Shown here in pieces: positions 14,104 through 25,795 of a DNA stretch of 64,000 nt. The stretch covers positions 1 through 64,000 of the forward strand of contig JAPEUI010000006.1 of the NCBI GenBank assembly GCA_026025075.1, read 5' to 3'. Position 1 is the first letter of the stretch. Each line of letters opens with the position of its first letter. The position numbers and the translations under genes were made by a program. The notes beneath the pieces are model-generated. The model had not been told where the DNA came from. It ran no database searches and saw nothing but the letters and a program-made list of their open reading frames with translations. This DNA is from Vezdaea acicularis (Eukaryota).

Positions 14104-14871
14104 GGCTATCCGGATAGCTGCGACTCTAGCAGTGTAGCTATCTGTCTTGGCCTTTTGAGATGTTTCGTGAAATTTTACGCTAGCATTCCGACAATGCAGG
14201 TCCCGATATTTGCTTTCCCGATCAGAAAGTATCGTATCGCTTGCGGTAGGCGAGTTCGGACACGACGAAGGATGCGAACAATCGGTTCTAAGATTCGTTC
14301 TGAATAATTAAAAGAATCATAGCCACAACCCTATAATGTATTTAATGTGGAATGCCTTCATGGTACCGAATTCTTGATTTTTTCTTCGTGGGCAGATATC
14401 ACACATGATACACTCGACTCTGGCGGCCGAATTTCACCCAGCATTGTCCGCGAACAAGCCCCCTCCACTACTCCCAGAAGTCTATAAACAATATGCTTCG
14501 AAAGGCAATTTTTTCTTGCGTTAAAGTAACAGAGAGAAATTCAAAGATTATCATGACCAAGCTTTGGATATTTTAGAACCAAAAGGCATGTATATATTGC
14601 AGTATACGTCAAAGCTATCTATTACCCCATATAGGGATCTGGCCGACCAAGCGAGGAACGAGGAGGCTGAAGCACTCGTATCTACCAGCCGGCAAGCACA
14701 GCCTAGCGAGCTCTAGTGAAACCATTAGAGCCTGCCTTCACTTCAATATGAGTAAATGCATTGAGCTGTGCTCGTCTTGAAGTAGTGGCCATCTTGCTGT
14801 GGTTGCTGCCCGGAGATCGGCGACTTGACTAATGTAAGAACAATATCGGCTTGCCACATCCAAGATATCCG

Positions 14872-16521
14872 ATGTCTACGAAAGCGTCAGGCGATCGACG
14901 AGCTGAAGGGCCTAGATTCCTTGTGATTGGCGCAGGCTCTCGAGGCAATACATACGCAAGAGCCATTACTCAATCTACAAATGGCGTTATAGCCGCTATC
15001 GCAGAGCCCATTGAATTCAAACGGAGAGAGCTGGGCGCTCGGGATGTTTGGAAGAAATCTGAGCCAGAAGATGGTGAAGAATTTGAGGGCTGGAAAGAGT
15101 TCTTGGAATATGAGCAAAAACGTAGGAAAGATGCCTTAGCAGGAAAGAATGTACCAGAAGGAGTTGATGGGGCTATTATATGCACCCTAGATGATCAGCA
15201 TGCTGAGATCATTATCGGCCTTGCCCCATTGAACCTCCACATACTCTGTGAGAAGCCACTGGCGACCAATTTACGGGACTGCCTGAAAATTTACAATGCC
15301 ATTAGGCCGACGTCTGAAGAAGCAACTGCTCGGAGCATCTTCTCAATCTGTCATGTCCTTCGTTATAGTCCCTATAATATACTTCTTCGCAAGCTAATCC
15401 TTGAAGACGATGTGATCGGAGATATAATCTCGGTCGAACACACAGAGCCAGTTGGATGGTGGCATTTCTCTCACAGCTATGTAAGGTAAGATTGTTTGTG
15501 CCGTGATGGGAAGCTGGTACAAGCTGATCATCATAGGGGCAACTGGCGCAAGGAATCTGTGACGGCACCCTCGCTTCTCACCAAATCTTGCCACGATATA
15601 GACTTTCTCTTGTGGCTACTATGTTCTCCACCACCAGGTTCAGAACAGCCCCCTCATATGCCTGTAGATATCATGTCTACTGGTTCGTTGAAATACTTCA
15701 AGAAGTCACGGAAACCTGCCGCAGCTAAGGACGCAACCAATTGCCTGTCATGTCCAATAAAAGAAGAATGTGTATATTCTGCTAGTAAGATTTACGTAGA
15801 TAAATTCCTCAAGAAGGGCAACACAGGGTGGCCAGTCAAGATTGTGGCACCAGAGATTGAAGCCTGTTTGACCACAAAAGGCCCAAGGGCCGCGGAGGAT
15901 TTATTGCTGACCAAGCTCGAAGAAGACTATACGCCAAAGACACCACAGGAACTAGTGGACGCAAGGCCATGGTTTGGACGATGTGTCTATGAGGCGGGCA
16001 ATGACGTATGTGATGACCAGGTCGTCACTATGTCTTGGGAAGACGATCCTGTACGATCGAAGCAGTCTGAAGAGCATGGCTTGAAAGGGAGAGGCGCGAA
16101 GACCGCCACTTTCCATATGGTGGCACTTACTGAGAGCATCTGCGAGCGAAGGAGCAAGATTTATGGCACCAGAGGCGAGATTACAGCGGACAGTCTCACA
16201 ATACAAGTGCATAATTTTGCCTCAGGGAAGACCAAGACACATTTCCCAGAAGCCGAAGGTGGAGGTCATGGTGGAGGTGATATAGGACTTGCGCGTCAAT
16301 TCGTCAAAGCTGTTGACGCTGTGAAGAAGGGGACTATGACTGTAGAGAAGGCGCAAGCACTACACTTGGGTTGCTCTGCGGAGGAGATTTTGCGAAGCCA
16401 CGCAATGGTGTTCGCTGCAGAAGAGGCCAGACATGGGAAGAAGGTGGTAGCATGGACGGATTGGTGGCAAGCAAATGTGCAAGGACCTTTGGAGAATATG
16501 GTTTCGGACGCAGAAGGCTAA
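14872..16521 (+). CDS. Gfo/Idh/MocA-family oxidoreductase, intron 15486-15536
   Basis: IGAGSRG, LCEKPLA, HVLRYSP, spliced HSYVR|GNW, KSCHDID and GGHGGGD. Confidence 0.93.
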
Positions 16522-17964
16522 ACGATTCTCTGACCGGTAATTGTCGGCGCGGTTTGGGAGCGATGTTTTGAAGCTATTGACAGAAGATTGACTGTCTTCC
16601 CAAGCGCTTCCTTCAGCCCTCGTAGGGCTAGGTCCATTATTAGATGTCGAGAAGTACCCCGTCCAGCGTCAGCGATCAGGCCGAGGCCACAGCGCTTGTT
16701 AAGATTGGGTGTAGAATCTCTTACCCGAATAATCGCTGGCGGTTAGTCCTGAAAATAGATGCTCCGTGTTGCCCCAGGTTTCTATTCTAAGGCGGTCGTA
16801 AATGAAGGACCTCGCCTTGCGCGACATGTCCTTGACGCTTTTTGACGCCTTACAGAGATCAGTGTCAAGATCTCTCGCCGACCGAGGGGCCACTGATGAG
16901 GCCAGTGACGATATCCAAGGGGGGGATGCCAGAGTACCCCACAGCTCGATCGCGGTCTTGAGTGGAGAGATGAGTCAACGAAGCACAAGATGCCTATTGC
17001 CGGTGAAACGGCAAATAAGGTTCCATGCAAAGTCGAGAATAAACAGGATGCAGCCAATCGATAGCAGCGATAACAGCTAAACCGGCTCTTTCTGCAATCT
17101 TCGGGGCCGCACTATGCGAATTATGCAGCGTCTAATGCTGTCTCCACGACCAATCGAGCCAAACATCGCGTAGCATTTCGCGTACCTCGGTAGCCGCCAG
17201 CGCGTACCCAGCGCGTCCCCAGCGCGTCATGACTCAACCGCTCGACCTCTCCCCCACATTTTGCTGCTTGATTATCACCGTAGCTTGCTGGCAAGCGACG
17301 TTTCAGAGCAAGACTAGCGTCGAGATTATCATCCGACAGCATCTTGAAACGAAGTGCCCGTTGACGCCCGCCTCCACCGCCACGAGGACCCTCCTCCGAA
17401 GGTCGGCGAGACGCGTCCATCATCCTTCTACTAACCCAGAGCGCGGAGGACAGACCGCTCACCGCCCAAGGTCCCCACATAGGACTGCCTCATACAGTTG
17501 GCGCGCGGTGTTCGTGACAGGTTACGTGGACTGGCGCTATGTTTGATGTCTGTATCTGAAGACTAGTTTCCGAAGGCGCCGCCCAATGCGGCAATCTCCA
17601 CGGTTTCAGGTTGTATGCTATCTCATGATGCTGGCAGATTATCATAATCTATGGCTGCGCGCTTCTGGCCTACTTTGAAGAAGATAAGTAGACCATTGTC
17701 CCGCTCTCCGTTGGCCTTTCGTTTCTGTCCAAGCAAGTTTTGCCTCTTACGAAGTCGAAGAGCTGTGCTCTTCTGTCAATTACTCTGTCACGAATCTCAT
17801 TTGTTCTATCTCATTTGTTGGATAGACATTCATTGGAGCTGGTCTCCCCTCCCACGTAATTCTTAAAGATAATCACCACACCCAGTTAAGGATTTACTTG
17901 TTAGCGTAAGTCTTCAGCTTGTCCGATGGTTGGACCGTGATTAATGATTTGTAGTCTGGTAGCT

Positions 17965-19440
17965 ATGATGTCCTTTTACCAACCCAGTACTCCTCCATAC
18001 GACTTTTACGTACCGGGCCACAGTCGTCACGCATCGACGTCGTCGATGTATTCAAATTTCTCTTCCCCGGATTCCCCTGATACGGCTTTGACCACACCAG
18101 TCAAGTCGCCGATTCGCAACCATGGCCCGATGCTTCTTCCTAAGATTCGCTCTCAGGATTCCAACATCGAGCCACCCGTGAAGAAGCATCGCAAGGCCCT
18201 CTCTACCTCCTACAACCCCCCTTCATACGCTGTTCGCCCTCCCGTCTCTCGACGAACCACGAGTCCAGAGCTTGCTAGCCCAGCTTCTCTCTGCTCTCCT
18301 ATCTCCCTCCACAGCGCGCCGGTCACGCTCTCTAACTTTGCCAAATATGCCTTCCCCGCCTTCCATCAGCCAGCCTACACTGCGGATCCTGTCTACTCCG
18401 GCGCAACATTCGTCCCCTCTTCGACGCCAGGCGCATCGACCTTCGTCCCACCCCCAAGCAACCTCGCCCCGCGCGAGTATATTCTCCCCACCGAGCTCCA
18501 ATTCTTCGACGATGCCGTCACCACCTCCACCCTGATGTCCTACCTCACAACGCCAAACCCAGCTCCAACCCTTGTCCGCAGCGTCAACGCCCACATCGGC
18601 CGTCGCGAAGGGACGCACTTCTGGTGGGACGTGCGCAACCTGCGCGCCTGGGACGACTTCACCCTCGAGACCATCAGCTCCATCCCCGGTCTCCTCCCCC
18701 TCCTCAACGTCGCCGTCCCCGCCACCGCCCTCCCAACTCCACAAATACCGCGCTCCGCCCTCCAGCCCGAAAGCGAAGCCGCCCTCCACGACCTGATCCT
18801 AACCCACTACGGCACCCAACTCAACGCCGCCCTCAAGATCGCCCAGGGCCAGACGCACATGAAAATGCGCTCCTCCGGCGGCATCTTCATCTCGAACTAC
18901 GTCAACGAAACCCGCGCCGCCGGCGTCCTAGGCGGCGGCCGCGTCGTCGGGCTCGCCAAGAGCTTCGACGCGTGGAACAGCGGTATGCGCGCCGAGGCGC
19001 CCCACCGCAAGGTGGAGTACCTGCGGGGACTTGCCCATCTGCACAAGCTGATGCGCGAGCACTCCTGCCGCTACGGCTTCCTGATGACGGAGATCGAGCT
19101 GGTGGTCGTGCGGGCTGGCGCGGAAGACGTCCCGCGCTTCGGCCTGCTCGAACTCAAGACTATCCAGCTGAAGAACACGGATGGTCTGACGGCCGGGCTT
19201 GCGCTGTGGTATCTCCACATGCTAGCGAAGGAGGAGCCCTTGCTCGGCCAACCGGGCTGGAAACTTGCTGTTGGTGGCCCCGCGGCGAGGACGAGGGCGA
19301 ATGTTCTGGAGGACGGAAAGGATGATTGGATTCCCGAGCCGCAGCTGGCGGAGAAGAGGCTGGCGAAGAGGGGGAGGGGTTGGGTCTTTCCGAGTGATCC
19401 TCTGCATCGGCGGGAGTTGCCTGGGAGGAGGGTTAGGTAG
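17965..19440 (+). CDS. Conserved fungal protein of unknown function (family often auto-annotated 'sialidase'); probable 5'-UTR intron 17906-17954
   Basis: 491-codon ORF with strong codon bias. Conserved-looking blocks GPMLLPKIR, HFWWDVRNLR.W.DF, YLRGLAHLH..MREHSCRYGFLMTEIELVVVR and KRGRGWVFP. The ORF-track ATG at 17944 falls inside a GTAAGT...TGTAG intron. Confidence 0.8.
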   Translation: MMSFYQPSTPPYDFYVPGHSRHASTSSMYSNFSSPDSPDTALTTPVKSPIRNHGPMLLPKIRSQDSNIEPPVKKHRKALSTSYNPPSYAVRPPVSRRTTSPELASPASLCSPISLHSAPVTLSNFAKYAFPAFHQPAYTADPVYSGATFVPSSTPGASTFVPPPSNLAPREYILPTELQFFDDAVTTSTLMSYLTTPNPAPTLVRSVNAHIGRREGTHFWWDVRNLRAWDDFTLETISSIPGLLPLLNVAVPATALPTPQIPRSALQPESEAALHDLILTHYGTQLNAALKIAQGQTHMKMRSSGGIFISNYVNETRAAGVLGGGRVVGLAKSFDAWNSGMRAEAPHRKVEYLRGLAHLHKLMREHSCRYGFLMTEIELVVVRAGAEDVPRFGLLELKTIQLKNTDGLTAGLALWYLHMLAKEEPLLGQPGWKLAVGGPAARTRANVLEDGKDDWIPEPQLAEKRLAKRGRGWVFPSDPLHRRELPGRRVR

Positions 19441-20590
19441 ATGGGCGATGTGGGGTTTTCCTTTTGTTGTTTTTTAGCATAGCATGGTCTGGTGTAGCAT
19501 AGCATTATTATTCCTTTGCATGGCGCGGTGGCATGGCTTGGTGTTTGGGAATAGTCAATTAGGTAGTTAGGTAGTTAGGCAATCAGCATTCACTCAGTCA
19601 ATCAATGAACCAACCAACCATCTAAGCCATTGCCTCAAACCAGTTCACTCCTCTACTTACCATATGTATGTCCATTTCACAGCAGGACCGAGTCATCCAT
19701 ACTTCACACTCCACACACCGCACCCTACCCTGTTTCCCACTACAATCTAAGCGACAACAGAAAAGCTCACGAAAAAACCGCTTGAACGGCCCGTCAAGCC
19801 GCAGCCGCCATCTAAGCCACAGCCGCCATGTAGCCCTCTGCGGCCAGGCCGCGTGTAGAATTGTATCCCTTTTTCCCCTGGATCATAATTGTGGGCGGTG
19901 GGGTGTTTGAGGGGGTTTGTTCAGGGTTGGAGGTGGGAATGGGAGTTGGAGTGGAGGTTGGGGAGAGGAACTTGTGGTGGAGGGGGGAGGCGTGTTGGGC
20001 GTTGCGTGAGAGGGGTAGTGGGAGGACTGGGCGTCAGAGGGGGAGTAGGTGGTGAGAGGCGCTGAGCGTTGGATGGGAGTGGGTGGTGAGGGGGCTTATT
20101 TCTGGAGATTGTTAGAAGGGTCAATAATTGCATACAGTGATGGGAGGAGGGTTCATGGTTGGTCGAGGCGTAGTGAAGCCCTTTAGATCCATTGAACAAA
20201 CTGCGGTTTTTGGATGGAGACAGAAGGAGACAGATGGAGTCGCTCGGTTCTCTTTGATTCATATGTGCTAGGCGCCAAAAAAATATAACCATGAACTGAT
20301 ACCGATCGGACAGGAAATAACCAAGAGAGGTGGGCAGGCTCGTAACAGAGCCCCATGGCGGCAAAAGGACGTCTTCGATTTCCCCTAGAAATCAACCAAA
20401 CAACCCATTACTGATACGGGATGAAACTCCGACGAGGTATCTGCTCCGGACTGAACTTCGTAGCATTGATCTCTCAGCGAAAATGCTCTGAGTTGCTGTG
20501 CCCAACGCCGTCCGATCGCGCCGACCAAAAAATGTGCTTTTTTGCCATTGGCTCTACCCCGTCGCTGTCGCTGGTGCTGTCGCTGGTGCT

Positions 20591-21253
20591 TCAAAGACGC
20601 AATTGCAGGATCTTGACGTCGATCCATCGATTGAACTTCCAGCCAACGCCCTTGAGGTCGCCGACTTCCTTGAAGCCCCACTTCTTGTACCATTTGACGA
20701 GTTCCATGCCCTGCTTGGGAGCCTCGACGTCGACGGACATGATGCAGAGGATTTCCCTGATGCCCTCGGGCTCGGGGACCCCGTCTGGCTTGGCCGGCGT
20801 GCCTGAGGCGTCCGGCATGGAGATGCCTTGCTTGGGTCGGGGCTTGTGGGTGCGGATGATGTCGAGGATCCAGTTCATGAGCGCGGTGCCCACGCCACGC
20901 ATGCGATGGTCCGGGTGCAAGAAGATGGAGAGCTCGACGGTGTGAGCGTAGGCTCCCATGGGATAGCGGAAGCCGGAGAAGTAGGCATACCCGATCACGG
21001 TCCCGTCATGTAACGGGACATCCTGGTCGGGGGAGAGGGGCGAGAGGGAGGCGACGAGGAAAGGGAGGTCTTGCTCCTTGATCTTGTGGAAGCGGGACAA
21101 GAACTCGCTCTCGGGGAAGGGCGTGGTTTGGAAGGTCTGCACCGAGCGCTGGACATAGTGATTGAAGATTGAAGTGATAGCTGGCACGTCGGCCAGGAGC
21201 GCGGGGCGGATCGTAAGGGTTGAGACTCTGTTGGAGGTACCGTTGGCTGACAT
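20591..21253 (-). CDS. GNAT N-acetyltransferase, phosphinothricin/methionine-sulfoximine acetyltransferase (PAT/YncA)-like
   Basis: IRPA...D.PAI.SIFNHYV, AYAHTVELSIFLHPDHRMRGVGTALM (acetyl-CoA motif A) and GFKEVG.LKGVGWKFNRWIDV. Confidence 0.88.
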   Translation of the reverse strand: MSANGTSNRVSTLTIRPALLADVPAITSIFNHYVQRSVQTFQTTPFPESEFLSRFHKIKEQDLPFLVASLSPLSPDQDVPLHDGTVIGYAYFSGFRYPMGAYAHTVELSIFLHPDHRMRGVGTALMNWILDIIRTHKPRPKQGISMPDASGTPAKPDGVPEPEGIREILCIMSVDVEAPKQGMELVKWYKKWGFKEVGDLKGVGWKFNRWIDVKILQLRL

Positions 21254-22879
21254 GTTGGGTGTGCATGATGACAAGATCGTGAGGGACGGCCGCCCGGGAT
21301 TTTGATGTCGACATGCGTACTACGGGTAGACCAAGGTGATTAGAGTTAGTGTGACACCTGATTGCCAACGAGGGATCGGATAGATCTCCCCAGTGGGGGA
21401 GATCGCGGCAGGATGATTGGCCTTGCTCCGTCCGGGCGGGCTACAGGACGTCACGACTGCTGCCAATGCGAGACCGACAGAAAATCCGTCGGCTGGTCCC
21501 CTGAAACAGCAATCCGATTGTTGAAGAGTCAACAACCGATGGAAACATAAGAGAGTACCGCGTACAGCGCAATAGGGGGGGCAGTTTGATAGGGTTCAGC
21601 GCGCTCTCCGCCGAACCAGCCCTCGTGGGGGGGCAACGGGGAAACCCTATCCGACGTGGGCTTCGGATGATATTCCGGGCTGCGCTTGTACTTTCTCGAT
21701 GATGAGGTCTCACGGCTCGCGATGGCGATCGGGGACGTCAGAGTGGTCACGTTTCCGTCGATATAACACGTCCGACTTCATATAATGCGCAATGGCGGAC
21801 TTTGGATATCTACTTGGCAACACTTAGAAAATAGATAGTAGAGAAATGTACCGATAACGGCAACGGGTCACGTGGGATAAGGGGTGCTGAATGATCTTCG
21901 CTTCGCCATGCCTGATTGGTCTCCCGCGCGTCGGTCTGGAGGTCTCCACTCGGCGACCAGCGCTAGGCCTCTTTCAGTGTTAGCGTCTCGGCCGAGAGGA
22001 AGTTTGATGGGAACACACCGCCGGCAAGGCTGAGCTCGCCGGCGCGCTTTTCCTTCTTCCTTTGGACGACGTCGGTATCGGGATCGGCGTCGCCCTCTGA
22101 CACCGCGGATCAACCAGGGCCGTTCGTACTCGAGTCCGTGCAGCGAGCTTCGATGCGGCTGATACGTCGAAACTATATTTGGCGAGAACTCGATGCAGAC
22201 GTCTGTTGTTGCCAAACGCGGTCGGCTAAGGTCGAGATCGGGGCGGACGCGGTTCTGGCTGCGCACCACGTCCTTCTCCACGCCAATCCCCACTGGTGGG
22301 CCCCTCCGCCGACGCCGCTTTGCCAATATCTGCTTCGGCCCGGATGTGGGCAGGTGGCAGGCCCGAGCAGCGCGGAAGGCACGCGGCTGGGCGGCGCGCA
22401 CACGCTAGGCCCCGATACGGGCTGGCGGCACCTCTAGCGAGCGTCCGGCTCGTGCGAAGATTCTCCTTTCCCAGTCGATCTTTCCCTTTCACCCAAAGCT
22501 CCTACTCGTTCAGGCGGTGCTGGGCCGGGCTGGCCATGGGTCGGCGCCTTCCCAAACTGCTCTCTTTCACCATCGCCAAGCTCCCCGTGACTGCGCCGCC
22601 CCCAGCTCCCCAGTTCACAGAGCTCTAGCCGGCTTGGGAGGTAGAGTCCGACTGAGCCTCCGGTGGCAGCACAGAGAGCTTGGGCTCCCGCCGGTAGCCT
22701 TGTCCGTCCCCCGGCCTCGTACTATAATCGTATCTCCGGCGTGACTCGCGCCCTTCTCCTGTCATCCCTCTTCATTTTCCTCTTCAGCCTCATCCAGCGT
22801 AGAAGAGGCATCGTCAGCTTCTATCGTGCATCCCTTCGTTGATTGAGCCCTCGTCGCTACTGTGCGATCGACCGTCGTG

Positions 22880-24190
22880 ATGATTGGTCTGCTTACGAAT
22901 CTCCTCCTCGGCTCGTCGTTCGCGGCCATCGTTGCAGCCGGTCAGGCACCGCAATGGGATGGCGTGCGGCCCACAACCGTGGCAGAGAGCCTGCGCGCCG
23001 ACGGCATCGGCTTCTCCCCGATGCCCACCGAACCCCCCGAGTTTGAGATGTTGAAGAAGAGAGGCGCCAACACCTTCCCACCCTACGTCTGTGGTTTCGT
23101 GACGGGTGACCAAGGTGTGCCGAATGGACGACTCAAGATACGCACCTTCGTACTGACTCAATCGTAGCGAACTCCGTCTACTGCTCCTCGACGCGCACAT
23201 GCGTTATCAACAGTGTCTATAGCGCCCAGGCTTGCTGCCTGGCAAATCAAAACTCCGCCATTTCTGCTCAATGGACAGGCTGGTGTGTGATCCGCATCGG
23301 ACGCAAGTAAAATCTGAAGCTAACATTCTTGCAAGTTATTTCTACACTTCATGCCTGGCATACGCACAGATTAGCAGCGGTGGATCTCCGAACTCTCTAG
23401 TTACTACTTGGTACGTTGGGTCGGGATTGATATATGCAATCCTTTGGAAAACACTAACAACCCCTTTAGCGATTCTGGCGAACCCTATTGCTTCACCTAT
23501 TCTTATACCGATATTGGATATGCCAACTATGGCTGTAGCACACGTGCCTATATCAGTCTTGTCTCTACCGATTATATCGGCGATAGTGGCTCTTCTGCCA
23601 CCGCGGCCAACTCAAATGGGATCTTTGGGACGAAAGATACTGCCTCGAACCAGCCAACAACCACAGGCGGCCCAGCAACAACTGATCAGAACCCTGGCGG
23701 TACTACCACCGTGACTGCTCCACCCACGGCCACGCCCACTCCAACGAAGGCCAGCTCCAAGTCAAATGCAGGTGCGATCGCGGGAGGTGTCGTTGGCGGC
23801 CTCGCTGGGCTTGCTCTCATAGTTGCCCTCATCGCTTATCTCCTTATTCGGAACAAGCGCAAGGGCACTACAACGAACACAGGGCAAGGTGCTGTAGCTC
23901 CTGGTCCAGGGCCAGACATGGGCTATCCCCAACAACCCCAGCAACCAATGCAGTACGATCAGTATGGCAACCCATACCCACAGCAGCAGATGCCGTACCA
24001 GCAAGGCCAATACGGCCAGCAGCAGATGCCTGGTGCGCCAGTGGCGGGCGGGTATTATGCGAATAAAGATGTGCCCCCGCAACATACAGGAAGCGACACA
24101 GTGACTGGAACCACGCCTGCACACACGGGGACCAGTGAGGTGCACGGTGAAAGCAAGGCTGCCGCACCTGTGTACGAAGCTCCTACCTAG
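22880..24190 (+). CDS. Type I single-pass membrane protein (signal peptide, Cys-rich ectodomain, S/T stalk, TM helix, Q/P/Y-rich tail); three introns starting at 23115, ~23283 and ~23411
   Basis: MIGLLTNLLLGSSFAAIVAA signal. Spliced exons give CGFVTGD|ANSVYCSSTRTCVINS..QACC...C|YFYTSC...C|DSGEPYC. TM segment AGAIAGGVVGGLAGLALIVALIAYLLI followed by RNKRK. Confidence 0.82.
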
Positions 24191-25304
24191 ATGCTATTGT
24201 TGTGTGTGACTGCATAATCCGGTTGTTGAAGAGGAGGATAGCTGTGGTGATGGACGTCTTTTGGTATAGTCATGGTAATGCGCGAGGATACTGTTGTAGT
24301 GGCATCAGGGCGTTTTTGTCGTGTTCGTTGTTGATATTCAATACCTCTAGGTGGGAAAACCACGCTTTTGCTTGTGCCTTGCATCCCTCATTTCTACTGC
24401 TTCGGTTTTTAGGGCTGGGCCTTTGACGTGAATTCTAGCATCAATTCACCAGTTGATGCATTGTAGCCTTTCGTTAGAGTGTTCTACTATGCTCTGACTT
24501 GTGACGTGCCAGCTACTCACCACTCATGAAGCTCAAACTCTTGCTCAATTCGACAGAACAGACTCAAGGACAGCCACAATAGCTCGGGGGAGACAAGCTC
24601 TAGGGTAGAGTCAACATTTGCTCGAGGAAGCGGTGTACCCGAAGGATTCTCATAGTCTCATGTTCGAGTTAAAAGCCATTGTGGCGAGGAGGGGCAAAAA
24701 AAGGTCACGTTCGAACAATGAATGCTAAACACAAGGGCGGATCTCTGACAATGCAGCATTGTCCCTTAATAAAGAACAGTACTTCGACAATGCCGAGCTT
24801 GCGAAGTTGTCGCGTTTTCCATTGTCTACATACTCGCTTCCGCGTTGTTCTGAAGGTCGATGCTATTCAGGGCATCAATCGCTCTACTGGCAACCTTTCA
24901 GTTACAGTGGATCTCACTGCAATTAAAATATTTTCTTTGGCCAAAGCATAAGGGCGCGAGAATTGAACTTGAATCCCCAAAAAGTTCCACACAGCCACCT
25001 TCATCAATACGCCCTGAGCCAACTGTGTTGACGATCCTCCCTCTGCCACCCCCCCAAAACCGTTGCCTCGTCCACACAAGACAGCTGCCGTATTGTTGTG
25101 CCCTAGCGTCGAACACAACGTTCAACACAGCGAAAGACGCATCACGTCACTGCAATCTCACGATTTGCCTGGAACACACAGCTCCTTTGGCTCAACACAC
25201 TACGTTCACCTGCTCACCCACCTGTATAAGTTGAGACCAAACGCCCACAGCCCACTTTACTTTTTCCTTCATACACCACCGTTGCAAGACAGATACGCTT
25301 CTCT

Positions 25305-25780
25305 CAGCTCACCTTACTCAAGATCTTTACAGCCTCTGGCCTGCCTGCTTTTACAGATACTACTCACTCCATCGTTGCTCGAGACTTACTCTCGCCCAAC
25401 AACTCACTTCTCTTCTGAACGTTTACTATTAAGTGAACTTTCATCCGGAAAGTAGACCTGTCAGCCAACCCCCTACAAGATCTTCACGGACTCTGGTCTT
25501 GTATCACAGATAGATTTCCCTTGCTCTATTTCTGCTCGAGACTTACTCTCGTCCTACGCCTTACGCACTTCCGCAAGGCTCAATACTCAGTAAACTTTCA
25601 TCCGCAAAGTAACTCCTCTTCTTAGCCAACCTTATATCAGGCCTTACTGACTCTGGTCTCCTATCATAGATACTTGGTGCTCTGTCTGTTCGAGACTTTC
25701 TCTCGTCCAACGCGTCACACTCTCTATCTTCTGCAAAGTTCACCACGAAGTGAACCTTCATCGACCATCACTCCTCAGCC
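25305..25780. repeat. Three degenerate tandem units of ~157 bp immediately upstream of ATG 25796
   Basis: Recurring anchors (C/T)TCGAGACTT(A/T)CTCTCG at 25378/25535/25689, AAC(T/C)TTCATC at 25436/25593/25753 and CTCTGG at 25334/25491/25651. Confidence 0.85.
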
Positions 25781-25795
25781 GTTTCTAGAGTAGAG

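Noticed and set aside
17944..17964. ORF-track start MICSLVA
   Set aside because: The ATG lies within a probable 5'-UTR intron (GTAAGT at 17906 to TAG at 17954), so ATG 17965 is preferred.
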